A stretch of 64,000 nucleotides of DNA from Clostridia bacterium (lineage in GTDB: Bacteria; Bacillota; Clostridia; UMGS1883): contig JAFTUL010000013.1 in assembly GCA_017466275.1 (NCBI GenBank), positions 39,343 through 103,342 of the forward strand. The letters run 5' to 3'. Position numbers and translations under genes: made by a program. The notes beneath the pieces were generated by a model, which searched no databases, was not told the origin of the DNA, and worked only from the letters and a program-made list of their open reading frames with translations. The first letter of the stretch is position 1; every line of letters begins with the position of its first letter. This document shows, one piece after another, positions 39,789 through 49,724 of the stretch.

Positions 39789-40781
39789 TCAAAGTTTTTC
39801 CCAGGACTTCGGCACGTAAATATTGTTATAGGTGTAAATGGCAAATCTGTCGCTCATACCTGCAATGTAGTCGGAAACCGCTTTTTCTACGCCCTCTTTC
39901 CATGCAATTTCCTGAAGATAAAGAGGCATTGCACCGGGGTTTTGTGTGTAATATTCAAAAATCCCCTTAATTATGCCGAATACTTTCTTTTCCTCTTCCT
40001 TGGCCTTGGAGCCTACATATACAAAATCAAACATATAGTTACGAAGTCGTGTCATTGCCTCCTCAACCTCGGCACTCATCACAATTTCCCGTTTGCCGTA
40101 GGAATTTCTCACCACGTCACAGATGAGGGTGTTTATTCTTTCACCGTGGGTTTCCCCAAGCACATCTGTAATTATTTTGGGGATGTCCTTTTCATTTATA
40201 ATACCACCGCGGCAGGCATCGTCAATATCGTGGTTTATATAGGCAATTCTGTCGGCAAGCTGCAGAACTTCTCCCTCAAGAGTATCGGGGTTTCCGCCGC
40301 CGGGATGGTTGAGGATACCGTCTCTTACTTCCCACGTTAAGTTAAGCTTTTCCAGTATGTCGACTGTGCGAAGACTCTGCTGGCTATGCATAAATCCATC
40401 GGAGCATAGCTCGTTTAATGCAGATTCACCTGCGTGACCGAAAGGAGTATGTCCTAAATCGTGTCCCATTGCCATTGCTTCAACAAGGTCTTCGTTAAGA
40501 CGAAGGCTTCTGGCAATTGTTCTGGCAATCTGCGAAACCTCCAGCGTGTGGGTAAGTCGCGTTCTGTAATGGTCCCCCTCAGGAGTGATGAAAACCTGCG
40601 TTTTATGCTTCAGCCTGCGAAAAGATTTTGAATGAATAATCTTGTCGCGGTCACGCTGAAATTCTGTACGCATATCACAAAGAGGTGCCTTTTCCTCCCT
40701 GCCTTTTGTCTTTTCGGAAAGGCAGGCAAAGGGGGACAAAGTTTCTCTTTCAATTTTTTCGGTTTGTTCGCGGATTGTCAT
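39789..40781 (-). CDS. dgt: dGTP triphosphohydrolase-like HD-domain protein
   Basis: HD motif HTLEVSQIAR…HDLGHTPFGH. ATG at 40781 follows AAGGAG. The longer ORF start lies inside the RBS. Confidence 0.8.
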   Translation of the reverse strand: MTIREQTEKIERETLSPFACLSEKTKGREEKAPLCDMRTEFQRDRDKIIHSKSFRRLKHKTQVFITPEGDHYRTRLTHTLEVSQIARTIARSLRLNEDLVEAMAMGHDLGHTPFGHAGESALNELCSDGFMHSQQSLRTVDILEKLNLTWEVRDGILNHPGGGNPDTLEGEVLQLADRIAYINHDIDDACRGGIINEKDIPKIITDVLGETHGERINTLICDVVRNSYGKREIVMSAEVEEAMTRLRNYMFDFVYVGSKAKEEEKKVFGIIKGIFEYYTQNPGAMPLYLQEIAWKEGVEKAVSDYIAGMSDRFAIYTYNNIYVPKSWEKL

Positions 40782-40890
40782 AGCAAAAACTCCTTTCAAA
40801 GGGCATATATACCAATTATAGCACGCCTACGGCTTTGATTCAATACAAAAAAAGGAATTCGCTTTACGCAAATTCCTTTTTACTTTTATT

Positions 40891-42009
40891 TTAGTCACCG
40901 AAGCAAATGCCAAGTCCCTTAGCCATTTTAACAGTTTCACATTCGGGGTCAACAAGCTTGTTACCGTTTCCGATAACATCCTCAAGAGAAACGCACTTAA
41001 TAGTATCTCCCTGAAGTACAACCATATTACCGAACTTGCCCTGCATAGCGTACTCAACAGCAGCATAGCCGTAACGGGAAGAAAGCACTCTGTCATGACC
41101 GGAGGTTGTACCACCACGCTGAACGTGACCGAGGATTGTTGCACGGGCTTCATTGTTACACAATTCTTCAAGCTGGTCTGCAACAACATTTGCAATACCA
41201 CCGAGACGGATGGGGTCGGGGCTGTCCTCTCTCACCTTGAGGATAACAGCTTCGCCGCCCTGAGGCTTCGCACCCTCAGAAACTGCAACGATTGCAAAAT
41301 CCTTGCCCTTTGCAAAGTCTGCTTTAATTTTATCTGCAACCTTGTTAATATCGTAAGGAATTTCGGGGATGAGGATAACGTCAGCCGCACCTGCAATACC
41401 ACCGTGAAGTGTAAGCCAGCCTGCACCTCTTCCCATAACCTCTGCAACCATAATTCTGCCGTGACTCTTTGCGGTTGTTCTGAGTCTGTCGAGAGATTCT
41501 GTTACAATACCGATTGCTGTATCGAAACCGTATGTGTAGTCAGTACAGCTGAGGTCATTATCTATTGTTTTGGGAATACCGATTACGTTTACACCCAGAC
41601 GGGCAAAGTCACGGCCGCTTGTAAGTGTACCGTCACCGCCAAGAATGAAGAGTGCATCAATACCTGCTTCCTTAAGGTTTTCTACTGCAACCTGAGAAAC
41701 ATTTTCGTAAACGATTTTTCCATCTTTCTTTACAATTTCACCATTTTCATCGCGAACGGGATACTTGAAGAGGTTGTCCTTGTTGGAGCTCTTTAAAATT
41801 GTACCGCCCTCGCCGAGAATTTCCTGAACGCTGTCAAGTGTCAGCGGAATAAAATCCTTGTGATAAAGTCCGTGATAACCTTTCTTGATACCCACAACTT
41901 CAAGACCGTATTTTGTTATAGCGGTCTTTACTACGGCACGGATAACCGCATTAAGTCCGGGGCAGTCGCCGCCGCCTGTAAGAATACCAACCTTTTTAAT
42001 GTTTGCCAT
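40891..42009 (-). CDS. pfkA: 6-phosphofructokinase (ATP-dependent type)
   Basis: GILTGGGDCPGLNAVIR, GGDGT and PKTIDND motifs. Start MANIKK is 8 nt after GGAGG. Confidence 0.8.
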   Translation of the reverse strand: MANIKKVGILTGGGDCPGLNAVIRAVVKTAITKYGLEVVGIKKGYHGLYHKDFIPLTLDSVQEILGEGGTILKSSNKDNLFKYPVRDENGEIVKKDGKIVYENVSQVAVENLKEAGIDALFILGGDGTLTSGRDFARLGVNVIGIPKTIDNDLSCTDYTYGFDTAIGIVTESLDRLRTTAKSHGRIMVAEVMGRGAGWLTLHGGIAGAADVILIPEIPYDINKVADKIKADFAKGKDFAIVAVSEGAKPQGGEAVILKVREDSPDPIRLGGIANVVADQLEELCNNEARATILGHVQRGGTTSGHDRVLSSRYGYAAVEYAMQGKFGNMVVLQGDTIKCVSLEDVIGNGNKLVDPECETVKMAKGLGICFGD

Positions 42010-42169
42010 TTCCATTTCCTCCATTTTATGCTATCCCGTTCATAGTACTACAAAAAAACTACAATTTCAAGCAAAAAATTCATATTTTTTCAAAAATTAT
42101 AGAAAGCCCTTAAATTCGGGGTTTGAGCTTCTTTTTTTGTAAGAAAAAGTTATTGTTTTTTCAGGTTTA

Positions 42170-42207
42170 AAGAGCTATCTCAAAAAAAATGAGATAGCTC
42201 TTTTGTA
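42170..42207. terminator. bidirectional terminator after clpC
   Basis: aaagagctatctcaaaaaaaatgagatagctcttt. Confidence 0.7.
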
Positions 42208-42209
42208 AA

Positions 42210-44636
42210 TTATTCTGCTACTATTTTAATTTCTCCATCTTCGGCCTTAATTATTACACTATCACCGTTTTGTATTTTACCGTCAAGCATTTCCTCGGCA
42301 AAAAGGTCTTCTACCTTGGAGGTGATTGCACGGCGGAGAGGTCTTGCACCGTAAACAGGGTCGAAGCCCTCTTTGGCAAGAAGCTTCACGGCACTTTCAT
42401 CAACCGTTGCCGTAATGTCGTTTGCAGAAAGTCTCTTTTTCAGATTTTCAAGCATTACGAGAGCAATTTCACCGATTTCGTCTTCGGTAAGCTGACTGAA
42501 TACAATAATGTCGTCAACACGGTTGAGAAATTCAGGTCTGAACATCTTTTTAAGCTCGTCCATTACACTGCTTCTGATGTTTTTGTTAACAACTTCACGG
42601 TTGTCACTGCCCGAAGCAAAGCCGAGTGACTTAGGCTCGGAAATATTTCTTGCCCCGACATTGCTTGTCATTATTATAACACAGTTTTTAAAATCTACTC
42701 TTCTGCCCTGGCTGTCGGTTAACTGACCGTCATCGAGAATCTGCAGAAGAATGTTGAATACATCGGGGTGTGCCTTTTCAATTTCGTCAAAAAGAATTAC
42801 GCTGTAAGGCTTTCTTCTTACCTTTTCGGTAAGCTGACCGCCCTCGTCAAAGCCCACATATCCTGGAGGCGAGCCAACCATTTTGGAAACGGAGTGCTTC
42901 TCCATATATTCGGACATATCTACTCTTATAAGAGCATCCTCATCACCGAAAAGTGCCTCGGTAAGAGCTTTTGAAAGCTCCGTCTTGCCCACGCCCGTAG
43001 GGCCGAGGAAGATAAATGAGCCAATAGGTCTCTTGGGGTCCTTGAGTCCGACTCTGCCACGACGGATAGCCTTGGAAACGGCTTTCACGGCATCCTCCTG
43101 ACCGATAACCCTCTTGTGAAGAACTTCCTCAAGGTTTCTAAGTCTTTCGGATTCTTCCTGTGCAAGTTTTTTCACGGGGATTCCCGTCCATCCCGATATG
43201 ATTTCAGCAATTTCGTCCTCGCCGATTTCACCTGCACTCTGTGAGGATTTACTCTGCCATTCTTCACGGAGTTTGGAAAGTTTTTCACCCATTTCCTTTT
43301 CCTTATCGCGAAGCTCTGCCGCTTTTTCAAAATCCTGAGAATTAATTGCCTCTTTCTTTTCTGCACCGATATTTTCAAGAGACGCTTCAAGCTCCTTTAT
43401 CTCCGGCGGTGCGGTAAGTGCACCAAGACGGACACGGCTGCACGCCTCGTCTACAAGGTCAATTGCCTTGTCGGGGAGGAAGCGGTCGGTGATGTAGCGA
43501 CTGCTCATTTTTGCAGCGGCAACGATTGCCTTGTCGGAAATCTTGACACCGTGGTGTGCCTCGTACTTTTCGCGGATACCCTTGAGGATTTCAATTGTTT
43601 CCTCAACTGACGGCTCGCCTACTGTTACGGGCTGGAAACGGCGTTCAAGTGCAGCATCCTTTTCCACGTGCTTTCTGTATTCGTTAAGGGTGGTTGCACC
43701 GATAAGCTGAAGCTCCCCTCGTGCAAGGGATGGCTTTAAGATGTTTGCAGCATCGATTGCACCCTCTGCCGCACCTGCTCCTATGATGGTGTGCATTTCG
43801 TCAATAAAGAGGATTACGTTGCCTGCCTTTATGATTTCGTCCATTGCTTTTTTCAGGCGTTCTTCGAACTCTCCGCGGTATTTTGCACCTGCAACAACAC
43901 CGGAAAGGTCAAGGGACACAACCCTTTTCCCTTTGAGAAGCTCGGGGACATTTCCTGCTGCAATTTCCTGTGCAAGTCCCTCTGCAACGGCGGTTTTACC
44001 TACACCCGGCTCACCTAAAAGCACGGGGTTGTTCTTTGTTCTGCGGGAAAGAATCTGTATAACTCTTTCGATTTCCTTTTGTCTGCCGATTACGGGGTCA
44101 AATTTCCCTGCCTTTGCAAGCTCGGTCAAATCCCTGCCGAACTGATTAAGGGTGGGCGTATCTCCGCCTTTTTTACCTTGTTTTTTCTCGCTTTCGGGAA
44201 CTTCGTTGGTGAGTCTTTCGGAAATTTCTTCATAAAGATTTGCGGAAGCACCGAACCCTAAAAGAATCTTGAATGCAACGCTGTCACGCTCCCTTGCGAG
44301 TGCAAGAAGCAGATGCTCCGTACCGATATATGCACTCTGGAACTTGTGTGCCTCGGCAAAGGATTGCTGAATTGTGCGGTTTGTTCTGGGGGTGAAGCCT
44401 GCAAAAGTATTTGAGGGGGCAGGATTCTGATTGAATTTTGTAATCTGTTCAATAAGCTTCTCCTCGGTTATACCAAGCTCTGCTAAATATTTTGCGGCAA
44501 ATCCGCTTCCCTCTGCAAAAAGTCCGTAGAGCAGATGCTCCGTACCGATGTAATTGCAATTGGTTTTTTCGGCACATTCCTGAGAAAGGGAGATTGCCTT
44601 TTGTGCCTTTTGTGTAAATCTGTTTTCTATGTTCAT
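42210..44636 (-). CDS. clpC: ATP-dependent Clp protease ATP-binding subunit ClpC
   Basis: Two Clp_N repeats, two AAA+ modules (GEPGVGKT, GPTGVGKT) and UVR motif. Start MNIENRF after AAGGA. Confidence 0.95.
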   Translation of the reverse strand: MNIENRFTQKAQKAISLSQECAEKTNCNYIGTEHLLYGLFAEGSGFAAKYLAELGITEEKLIEQITKFNQNPAPSNTFAGFTPRTNRTIQQSFAEAHKFQSAYIGTEHLLLALARERDSVAFKILLGFGASANLYEEISERLTNEVPESEKKQGKKGGDTPTLNQFGRDLTELAKAGKFDPVIGRQKEIERVIQILSRRTKNNPVLLGEPGVGKTAVAEGLAQEIAAGNVPELLKGKRVVSLDLSGVVAGAKYRGEFEERLKKAMDEIIKAGNVILFIDEMHTIIGAGAAEGAIDAANILKPSLARGELQLIGATTLNEYRKHVEKDAALERRFQPVTVGEPSVEETIEILKGIREKYEAHHGVKISDKAIVAAAKMSSRYITDRFLPDKAIDLVDEACSRVRLGALTAPPEIKELEASLENIGAEKKEAINSQDFEKAAELRDKEKEMGEKLSKLREEWQSKSSQSAGEIGEDEIAEIISGWTGIPVKKLAQEESERLRNLEEVLHKRVIGQEDAVKAVSKAIRRGRVGLKDPKRPIGSFIFLGPTGVGKTELSKALTEALFGDEDALIRVDMSEYMEKHSVSKMVGSPPGYVGFDEGGQLTEKVRRKPYSVILFDEIEKAHPDVFNILLQILDDGQLTDSQGRRVDFKNCVIIMTSNVGARNISEPKSLGFASGSDNREVVNKNIRSSVMDELKKMFRPEFLNRVDDIIVFSQLTEDEIGEIALVMLENLKKRLSANDITATVDESAVKLLAKEGFDPVYGARPLRRAITSKVEDLFAEEMLDGKIQNGDSVIIKAEDGEIKIVAE

Positions 44637-44650
44637 ATATTTCAGTCCTT

Positions 44651-45655
44651 TCAACTAAGAGCATTCTGAAGAATTTGTGCTCTCTTTACATCTCTGTCCT
44701 GAGTGGTTATATTTTCATTTTCCAAAATAAGTGTTGCAGACATGGAGGAAAACATTGCCTTTCTAAGTGCATTGAGGTCTATATTCTTAATTATACCTGC
44801 ATTTGCACCCATGCAAACATTGGAAACGAGATTCATTGCCTCGGAAGATGAAATCATATATGCATTTTTAAGTATGCCCAGACTTCTGAGGCATTTATCC
44901 TTCATTTCATATTCGTTGTTTTCAAAAAGCTGTGCACAAAGCCGTCTTTCCTCGCTGATAAGTGAGCAGGCAGCCGCATTCAGGCGGGAGAGAATGTCCT
45001 CTTCGCTTGTGCCCATTGTTATCTGGTTGGAAAGCTGGAAAAGTGCACCGCTTGCACGGCTGCCCTCTCCGTAAAGACCGCGTACCGTCATACCAAGGTT
45101 TGCCGCCCATTTTAAAAGCGGGTTTACCTGCCCTGATGTGCTTACGGCAGGAAGATGAAGCATCACCGATGCCCTAAGTCCCGTTCCTGCGTTGGTGGGA
45201 CAGCTTGTAAGATAACCAAACTCGCTATCACGGTCAAAGGTCAGTTTCTCGGAAAGTAGCTTTTCAATTTTCTTTGCCGTGTCGTATGCACTGTCGGGGT
45301 CAAGACCGTCTGAAAATACCTGAATACGAAGATGGTCCTCTTCATTTACCATAACGGAAATTTTCTCGTCATTACTGATTATTGCCACAGATGGCACTTT
45401 TGAAGCACAAAGTTCGGGACTGATGAGATGTTTTTCGATAAGTGCCTTTTTTTCAAGGTCGGAAATCGTGCTGATTTCGATTTTGCGAAGCTCGTTTTTG
45501 AGGGGAGAGTTGTCAAAAGCACCCCATACCGTGTCAATAAGCTCCTTTGCCTGAGTCACGCTCATTTTACGGGGGTAAGGAATCCCCGAAATATTTCTTG
45601 CAAGTCTGACTCTTGTGCTGACCGCAATATCAATTTCGTTTGTGTGATTATTCAT
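44651..45655 (-). CDS. mcsB: protein arginine kinase McsB
   Basis: ATP:guanido phosphotransferase domain. 334 aa. Position between mcsA and clpC. Confidence 0.9.
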   Translation of the reverse strand: MNNHTNEIDIAVSTRVRLARNISGIPYPRKMSVTQAKELIDTVWGAFDNSPLKNELRKIEISTISDLEKKALIEKHLISPELCASKVPSVAIISNDEKISVMVNEEDHLRIQVFSDGLDPDSAYDTAKKIEKLLSEKLTFDRDSEFGYLTSCPTNAGTGLRASVMLHLPAVSTSGQVNPLLKWAANLGMTVRGLYGEGSRASGALFQLSNQITMGTSEEDILSRLNAAACSLISEERRLCAQLFENNEYEMKDKCLRSLGILKNAYMISSSEAMNLVSNVCMGANAGIIKNIDLNALRKAMFSSMSATLILENENITTQDRDVKRAQILQNALS

Positions 45656-46119
45656 TACTTACTCTCCTTGCTTCTGATTTCGTCGCGGATTTTAGCCGCT
45701 TCTTCGTAGTTTTCCGATGAAATTGCCTCGGAAAGCTTTTCTTTTAAAATTTCAATTTCGCTTTTTTCTTTTTTGGGAACGTCTTTCTCTACTTCTTCCT
45801 TTGTTTCCACGGCTGTATGCACCGATGTGCCGTGGATTTTCTGGAGCATTGTCTTTGCCTGACGGCGGAAAGTTTCGTAACATTTACCGCAACCCATTCT
45901 GCCCTTGTGAGTGAACTCGGAAAGAGTCATTCCGCACAGCGGACATACGGCGGATGCCACCTCGGGACGTGTGCCGAAAGAGAGCAATGAGCCAAAATTG
46001 TCGAAAAGCGACTCGCCCGATGCACATTGTGAGCAAAGGTTTAAGGAGCTTTTCTTTCCGTTTACTATCTGCGTGTACATAACTGATGCGTTTCGTTTTC
46101 CGCATTTTTCACATAACAT
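45655..46119 (-). CDS. mcsA: protein arginine kinase activator McsA
   Basis: Two CxxC zinc-finger pairs and C-terminal UVR motif (ENYEEAAKIRDEIR). Start MLCEKCGK after GAGAGGA. Confidence 0.85.
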   Translation of the reverse strand: MLCEKCGKRNASVMYTQIVNGKKSSLNLCSQCASGESLFDNFGSLLSFGTRPEVASAVCPLCGMTLSEFTHKGRMGCGKCYETFRRQAKTMLQKIHGTSVHTAVETKEEVEKDVPKKEKSEIEILKEKLSEAISSENYEEAAKIRDEIRSKESK

Positions 46120-46124
46120 ATATA

Positions 46125-46577
46125 TCATCCTCTCATAAGACTTGTTATCATACTTTTGAATATTCCTGCCCGAACAACGTCGCGGACATCTGCCGTAAAG
46201 GGAAGAACTTTATCATTCACCGCACCTAAGATTATGTGCGCTTCCCTCTCGGTTATACAGTTATAGTCCAGAAGATTCTGCACAAAAACTGCCGCCGTGC
46301 GGTAGGAAAGTGTGCTTCCCACGGCATTTACAATGTGCATAGGGTAGGTGGAGGCATCTGTTTTTACTGTGCGGATTCGCACACCGCCGCCGCCACCACG
46401 CCTGCTTTCGATTATATACCCTCTTTCAGGGGTGAATCGTGTCTGTATTACGTAGTTAATCTGACTCGGTACACAGTTAAGCTCCCCTGCAAGGTTGTTT
46501 CGCTGAATTTCAACGGAGCCGTCAGCTTCCTTTAGCATATCAAGGAGCATTTTTTCGATAATATCTGACATATTCAT
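46125..46577 (-). CDS. ctsR: transcriptional repressor CtsR
   Basis: 150 aa. CtsR HTH and glycine-rich loop RRGGGGGVRI. Confidence 0.9.
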   Translation of the reverse strand: MNMSDIIEKMLLDMLKEADGSVEIQRNNLAGELNCVPSQINYVIQTRFTPERGYIIESRRGGGGGVRIRTVKTDASTYPMHIVNAVGSTLSYRTAAVFVQNLLDYNCITEREAHIILGAVNDKVLPFTADVRDVVRAGIFKSMITSLMRG

Positions 46578-46603
46578 ATATAAACACCTCTTTTGTGATT
46601 AAA

Positions 46604-46659
46604 TTTGACTTTGACTTTCTTTGACTTTAATATATCACCTCATTTTTCATTTGTCAATA
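46604..46659 (-). promoter_or_regulatory. ctsR operon promoter with triple CtsR heptad operator
   Basis: On the minus strand, TTGACA (46652..46657), 17 nt spacer, TATATT (46629..46634). Immediately downstream is AGTCAAA-GAA-AGTCAAA-GTCAAA (46604..46628), matching the A/GGTCAAAnAnA/GGTCAAA CtsR box. Confidence 0.8.
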
Positions 46660-46794
46660 GGTTGGGGAGAAAAATTTTTGGCTAAATTTATCTTTTTTTG
46701 CAAAAACAGGAACACGTAATTCGTGTTCCTATACTAAATATAGTGTTACCATAGAATATGCCAGATTGAATATGAAATGTCGGGAGGATTTTCT

Positions 46795-47013
46795 ATGATA
46801 GTGTATTGTGTGCGTCGCGACCAGTTAAGGGATGAGGATATAGGGCGGTATATTTCTTTCGGAATAGATATATTAAAAGATGGTAAACCCCTCCGTGTGA
46901 TAAAAGACGTTTCCCCCAATGAAAAAGAACTCCGAAAACTTGTATCGCTTCTCAACAAACTGCAACCGAGCCTCATACATATTGATGATATTATAGATGA
47001 CTTCATTAACTAA
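46795..47013 (+). CDS. small hypothetical protein (72 aa)
   Basis: GGAGG lies 7 nt upstream of ATG at 46795. No recognisable domain. Confidence 0.4.
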   Translation: MIVYCVRRDQLRDEDIGRYISFGIDILKDGKPLRVIKDVSPNEKELRKLVSLLNKLQPSLIHIDDIIDDFIN

Positions 47014-47082
47014 ATCATATTTAAGGCAAAAAAAATAAGACTGCAATTCCTTTCTGCCCGTGGGGATGTTGCGGTCTTGTTT

Positions 47083-47301
47083 TTATGTGCTGTTATTTTT
47101 GTCTGAAAATTCGGCAAAGTCTATCTGAAAGACCCGTGCCAGTTCACATACAAGGTTGAAGCTGGGGTTTCCCTTGCCACATTCTATCTTTTGATACCAA
47201 CGTGACGAAATTTCGAGTAGCTCTGCTGTTTTTTCCTGAGTGAGCTTCCGTTCCCGTCTGCGTGTCCGCAGAGTTTTTGAAAGTAATTCCAGTTTAGTCA
47301 A
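47083..47301 (-). CDS. XRE-family HTH transcriptional regulator (72 aa)
   Basis: LTQEKTAELLEISSRWYQKIECGKGNPSFNLVCELARVF HTH_3 pattern. Confidence 0.7.
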   Translation of the reverse strand: MTKLELLSKTLRTRRRERKLTQEKTAELLEISSRWYQKIECGKGNPSFNLVCELARVFQIDFAEFSDKNNST

Positions 47302-47312
47302 TTTTTAAAATA

Positions 47313-47337
47313 TTGCAGGGTGCAATGCACCCTGCAA
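47313..47337. terminator. 25-bp perfect palindrome (terminator of upstream secreted-protein gene and/or XRE operator)
   Basis: TTGCAGGGTGCA-A-TGCACCCTGCAA followed by TATTTTAAAAATT on the minus strand. Confidence 0.5.
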
Positions 47338-47355
47338 CACCTTCTTCCCGTAAAA

Positions 47356-47784
47356 TTAAACTATATCGCTGTACTTTGTAATGGTTTCAATAAGATTTCC
47401 ATTACTGTCGTAAGCCTTGTGTGTCAGCTTCAGCCGGTAATCATACTCACCCATAACAGCATAATAACTGGATACCATTGCGTAAGAACTATCTCTGTCA
47501 GTCCAGGTTTTGATAGTTGTCCAGCTTGTTCCATTCTTCTGCTGAAGCTCCACTTTTACATAAGCTTCGTGAGTAGGTGGAACTTGAGTTCCGCCGTAGA
47601 CCTCCAAGACACCAGAGCTTTTCCACTCGAGGAGATTTTCAGTAGCTGAAATAATAATATTTGCAGGAGCAACACCTATGTTTGCAGGAAGCTCCTCTGC
47701 ATATGTACCTATACCGGGAAGTGCAAGGCACATTGCCGCCGCCATTACTATGGCAAGTGCTTTCTTAAAACCTTTCTTTTTCAT
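47356..47784 (-). CDS. secreted hypothetical protein (signal peptide, 142 aa)
   Basis: N-terminal MKKKGFKKALAIVMAAAMCLALPGIGTYA signal peptide. No known domain recognised. Confidence 0.5.
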   Translation of the reverse strand: MKKKGFKKALAIVMAAAMCLALPGIGTYAEELPANIGVAPANIIISATENLLEWKSSGVLEVYGGTQVPPTHEAYVKVELQQKNGTSWTTIKTWTDRDSSYAMVSSYYAVMGEYDYRLKLTHKAYDSNGNLIETITKYSDIV

Positions 47785-47905
47785 AAAAAAATCCTCCTTT
47801 TGTTTCAGGTTTCATATATATAACGCAAAAGGAGGCAAAAAGGGGACAAGCTTTTTACAAAAAATAAAAAACAAGCCACATAGATATGTGGCTTGCCTAT
47901 ACTTG

Positions 47906-48601
47906 TTATTTTGCCGTTGTGTATTCAGCTATTTTTATAATCTCGCTTTTTTCAAGACTTGAATTAATTCTGTAAGTATATATACCGTCGTGCCAAAAAA
48001 TGACCGTTTCTGTGCCTTTTTGCAGGTAAAATCCCTCATGCCCCTTTATTTTTATATTTTCAAGAGTCCCTTTTTCTGTGTTAATCGCTATTTTTAAAGA
48101 AAGATTATTCATTTTTAGCTGAATATATTCTGCCTCATTTTCGAAAATTAAAAATAGGTTATTTATTCCTTCTTTATCTTTTGTTATCTTGAACCCCTCA
48201 GGAATATATCCTATACTTACCATATCATTAGAAAAAGAATTTTGTTTTGTTTCTGTAAATCTTATTTCTGTATCGGGTGCTTCCTTAACGAAAAAGAAAT
48301 TGAAAAATTTAGTTCTCAATGCATCTACATTATATATGGTAACTGACATTGCAACTAAAACTACCAACAGGAGGCACGCGACCTTGCCAGTAACAACAGT
48401 TGCACGGCGGAGGTTATATTTACGGCGTTCGTTTTTGAAAAGCTTCTGCATATTTCTTTCGTGTTCGGGGGAGAAACTCACTTCGGGGGCGTTATAGTCT
48501 GCTTCCTTTCTGTACGCCTCGGCAGAGGCTTCATCTATCAAGGTATCTAATACTTTATCAACGATTTTTTCTTCAGTTTTCATTTTTTTCATTCCTTTCA
48601 T
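47906..48601 (-). CDS. anti-sigma factor-like membrane protein (DUF4367-type C-terminal domain)
   Basis: Single TM segment after a cytoplasmic N-domain. Translationally coupled to the sigma factor gene (ATGA overlap). Confidence 0.55.
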   Translation of the reverse strand: MKGMKKMKTEEKIVDKVLDTLIDEASAEAYRKEADYNAPEVSFSPEHERNMQKLFKNERRKYNLRRATVVTGKVACLLLVVLVAMSVTIYNVDALRTKFFNFFFVKEAPDTEIRFTETKQNSFSNDMVSIGYIPEGFKITKDKEGINNLFLIFENEAEYIQLKMNNLSLKIAINTEKGTLENIKIKGHEGFYLQKGTETVIFWHDGIYTYRINSSLEKSEIIKIAEYTTAK

Positions 48602-49152
48602 TACAGAATTTTATCGGCTTTCATTTTTGCAAGCTCTTCCTTAATATATTTCCTTGCACGGTAAAGCCGTTTTTTGGCGGTTTCAAAAGTTATTCCCAAC
48701 AGCTTTGCAATGGTTTCCACGCTAAGTTCATGTCCGCAGGAAAGCAGTAGCACCGACTTGTACTTAATATCCATACCTTCCAGTATACTCATAACTGCGT
48801 TATAAGATTCCTTTGAAATAAAAAGATTTTCGGGATTATATGTAGTTTCGGAAAATGAGCTGTCATTATCGTAAAGAGGTGTCACTTCCTCGCCTTTTTT
48901 CTTGCGGTACATATCGAGTGCCACATTCCTGCAGATAACCGTCAGCAGGGCGGCTGTCTTTCCCTCATCCTCTATATTCAGTCGGGCAATGTTTTTTATA
49001 AACCTTTCAAATGTTTCCTGAACTGCATCCTGCGAAGAGTCGCCATCCTTCAAAATTTCGTACGCAATCCAGTAAAGTCTGACCCTGTGGGCATAATAAA
49101 GTGTTTCTATCAGGTCTGGTTTTACCTGATGATTTTTCTTCTTCAAAAGCAT
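48601..49152 (-). CDS. RNA polymerase sigma-70 family (ECF-type) sigma factor
   Basis: Sigma-70 region 2 (…RVRLYWIAYEIL…DAVQETFERF…) and region 4 HTH (…LSVETIAKLLGITFETAKKRLYRAR…). Confidence 0.8.
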   Translation of the reverse strand: MLLKKKNHQVKPDLIETLYYAHRVRLYWIAYEILKDGDSSQDAVQETFERFIKNIARLNIEDEGKTAALLTVICRNVALDMYRKKKGEEVTPLYDNDSSFSETTYNPENLFISKESYNAVMSILEGMDIKYKSVLLLSCGHELSVETIAKLLGITFETAKKRLYRARKYIKEELAKMKADKIL

Positions 49153-49259
49153 AGGAACAGTCCTCCTTTATCTAAATTCATTATATTTGAAAATTTTTCC
49201 GATTTCAAGAGGGAAGCCAAAAAAATACAATAACCGCAAAGGGGACTCCCCCTTTGCGG

Positions 49260-49724
49260 TTAGCTATACATAGAATTTTTGCTCATATAGTCATAAAGCT
49301 GTTTTCCGTGTTCCTGCTCCTCTTTCTGAATGTGGTTGATGCTCTGGCGGATATTTTCATCCTTGAACTCAAACACGCAGGTATCGTACATATGGCTTGC
49401 GTGCTTCTCCGTTGTAAGCAGGTCATTTGCCAAAAAGCTGTCACGTGTTTTTTCCTCATTGTCGGCAGGGCCGTAGCACTCGGTAAATGTAGTTGTCTGC
49501 TGACCTTGTTGCCCACCGCCCGAATTTTGAGCCGGTGTCTGTCCGTTCTCAATCTTGGTAAGGGTATCAAGATGCCCCTGCTCCACCTGTGCAATGCGGA
49601 TGCAAAGCTGTTTAAGTTGGGGGTCGCAGGCTTCCTCTGCCGCTTTTGTGTACTTGTCAATGCACAGCTTTTCCGTGCCTTTCATATCTTTTAGTAATTC
49701 TGTTTCTTTCTGACTAAGCTGCAT
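49260..49724 (-). CDS. spore coat protein, CotF-like (Coat_F domain)
   Basis: Ferritin-like Coat_F pattern with LSQKETELLKD…. Start MQLSQKE. Confidence 0.55.
   Translation of the reverse strand: MQLSQKETELLKDMKGTEKLCIDKYTKAAEEACDPQLKQLCIRIAQVEQGHLDTLTKIENGQTPAQNSGGGQQGQQTTTFTECYGPADNEEKTRDSFLANDLLTTEKHASHMYDTCVFEFKDENIRQSINHIQKEEQEHGKQLYDYMSKNSMYS

Noticed and set aside
46706-46728. aggaacacgtaattcgtgttcct hairpin upstream of ORF 46795, considered as a terminator
   Set aside because: No T-run follows on the plus strand, and no convergent gene ends nearby. It may be an operator, but I cannot support any call.
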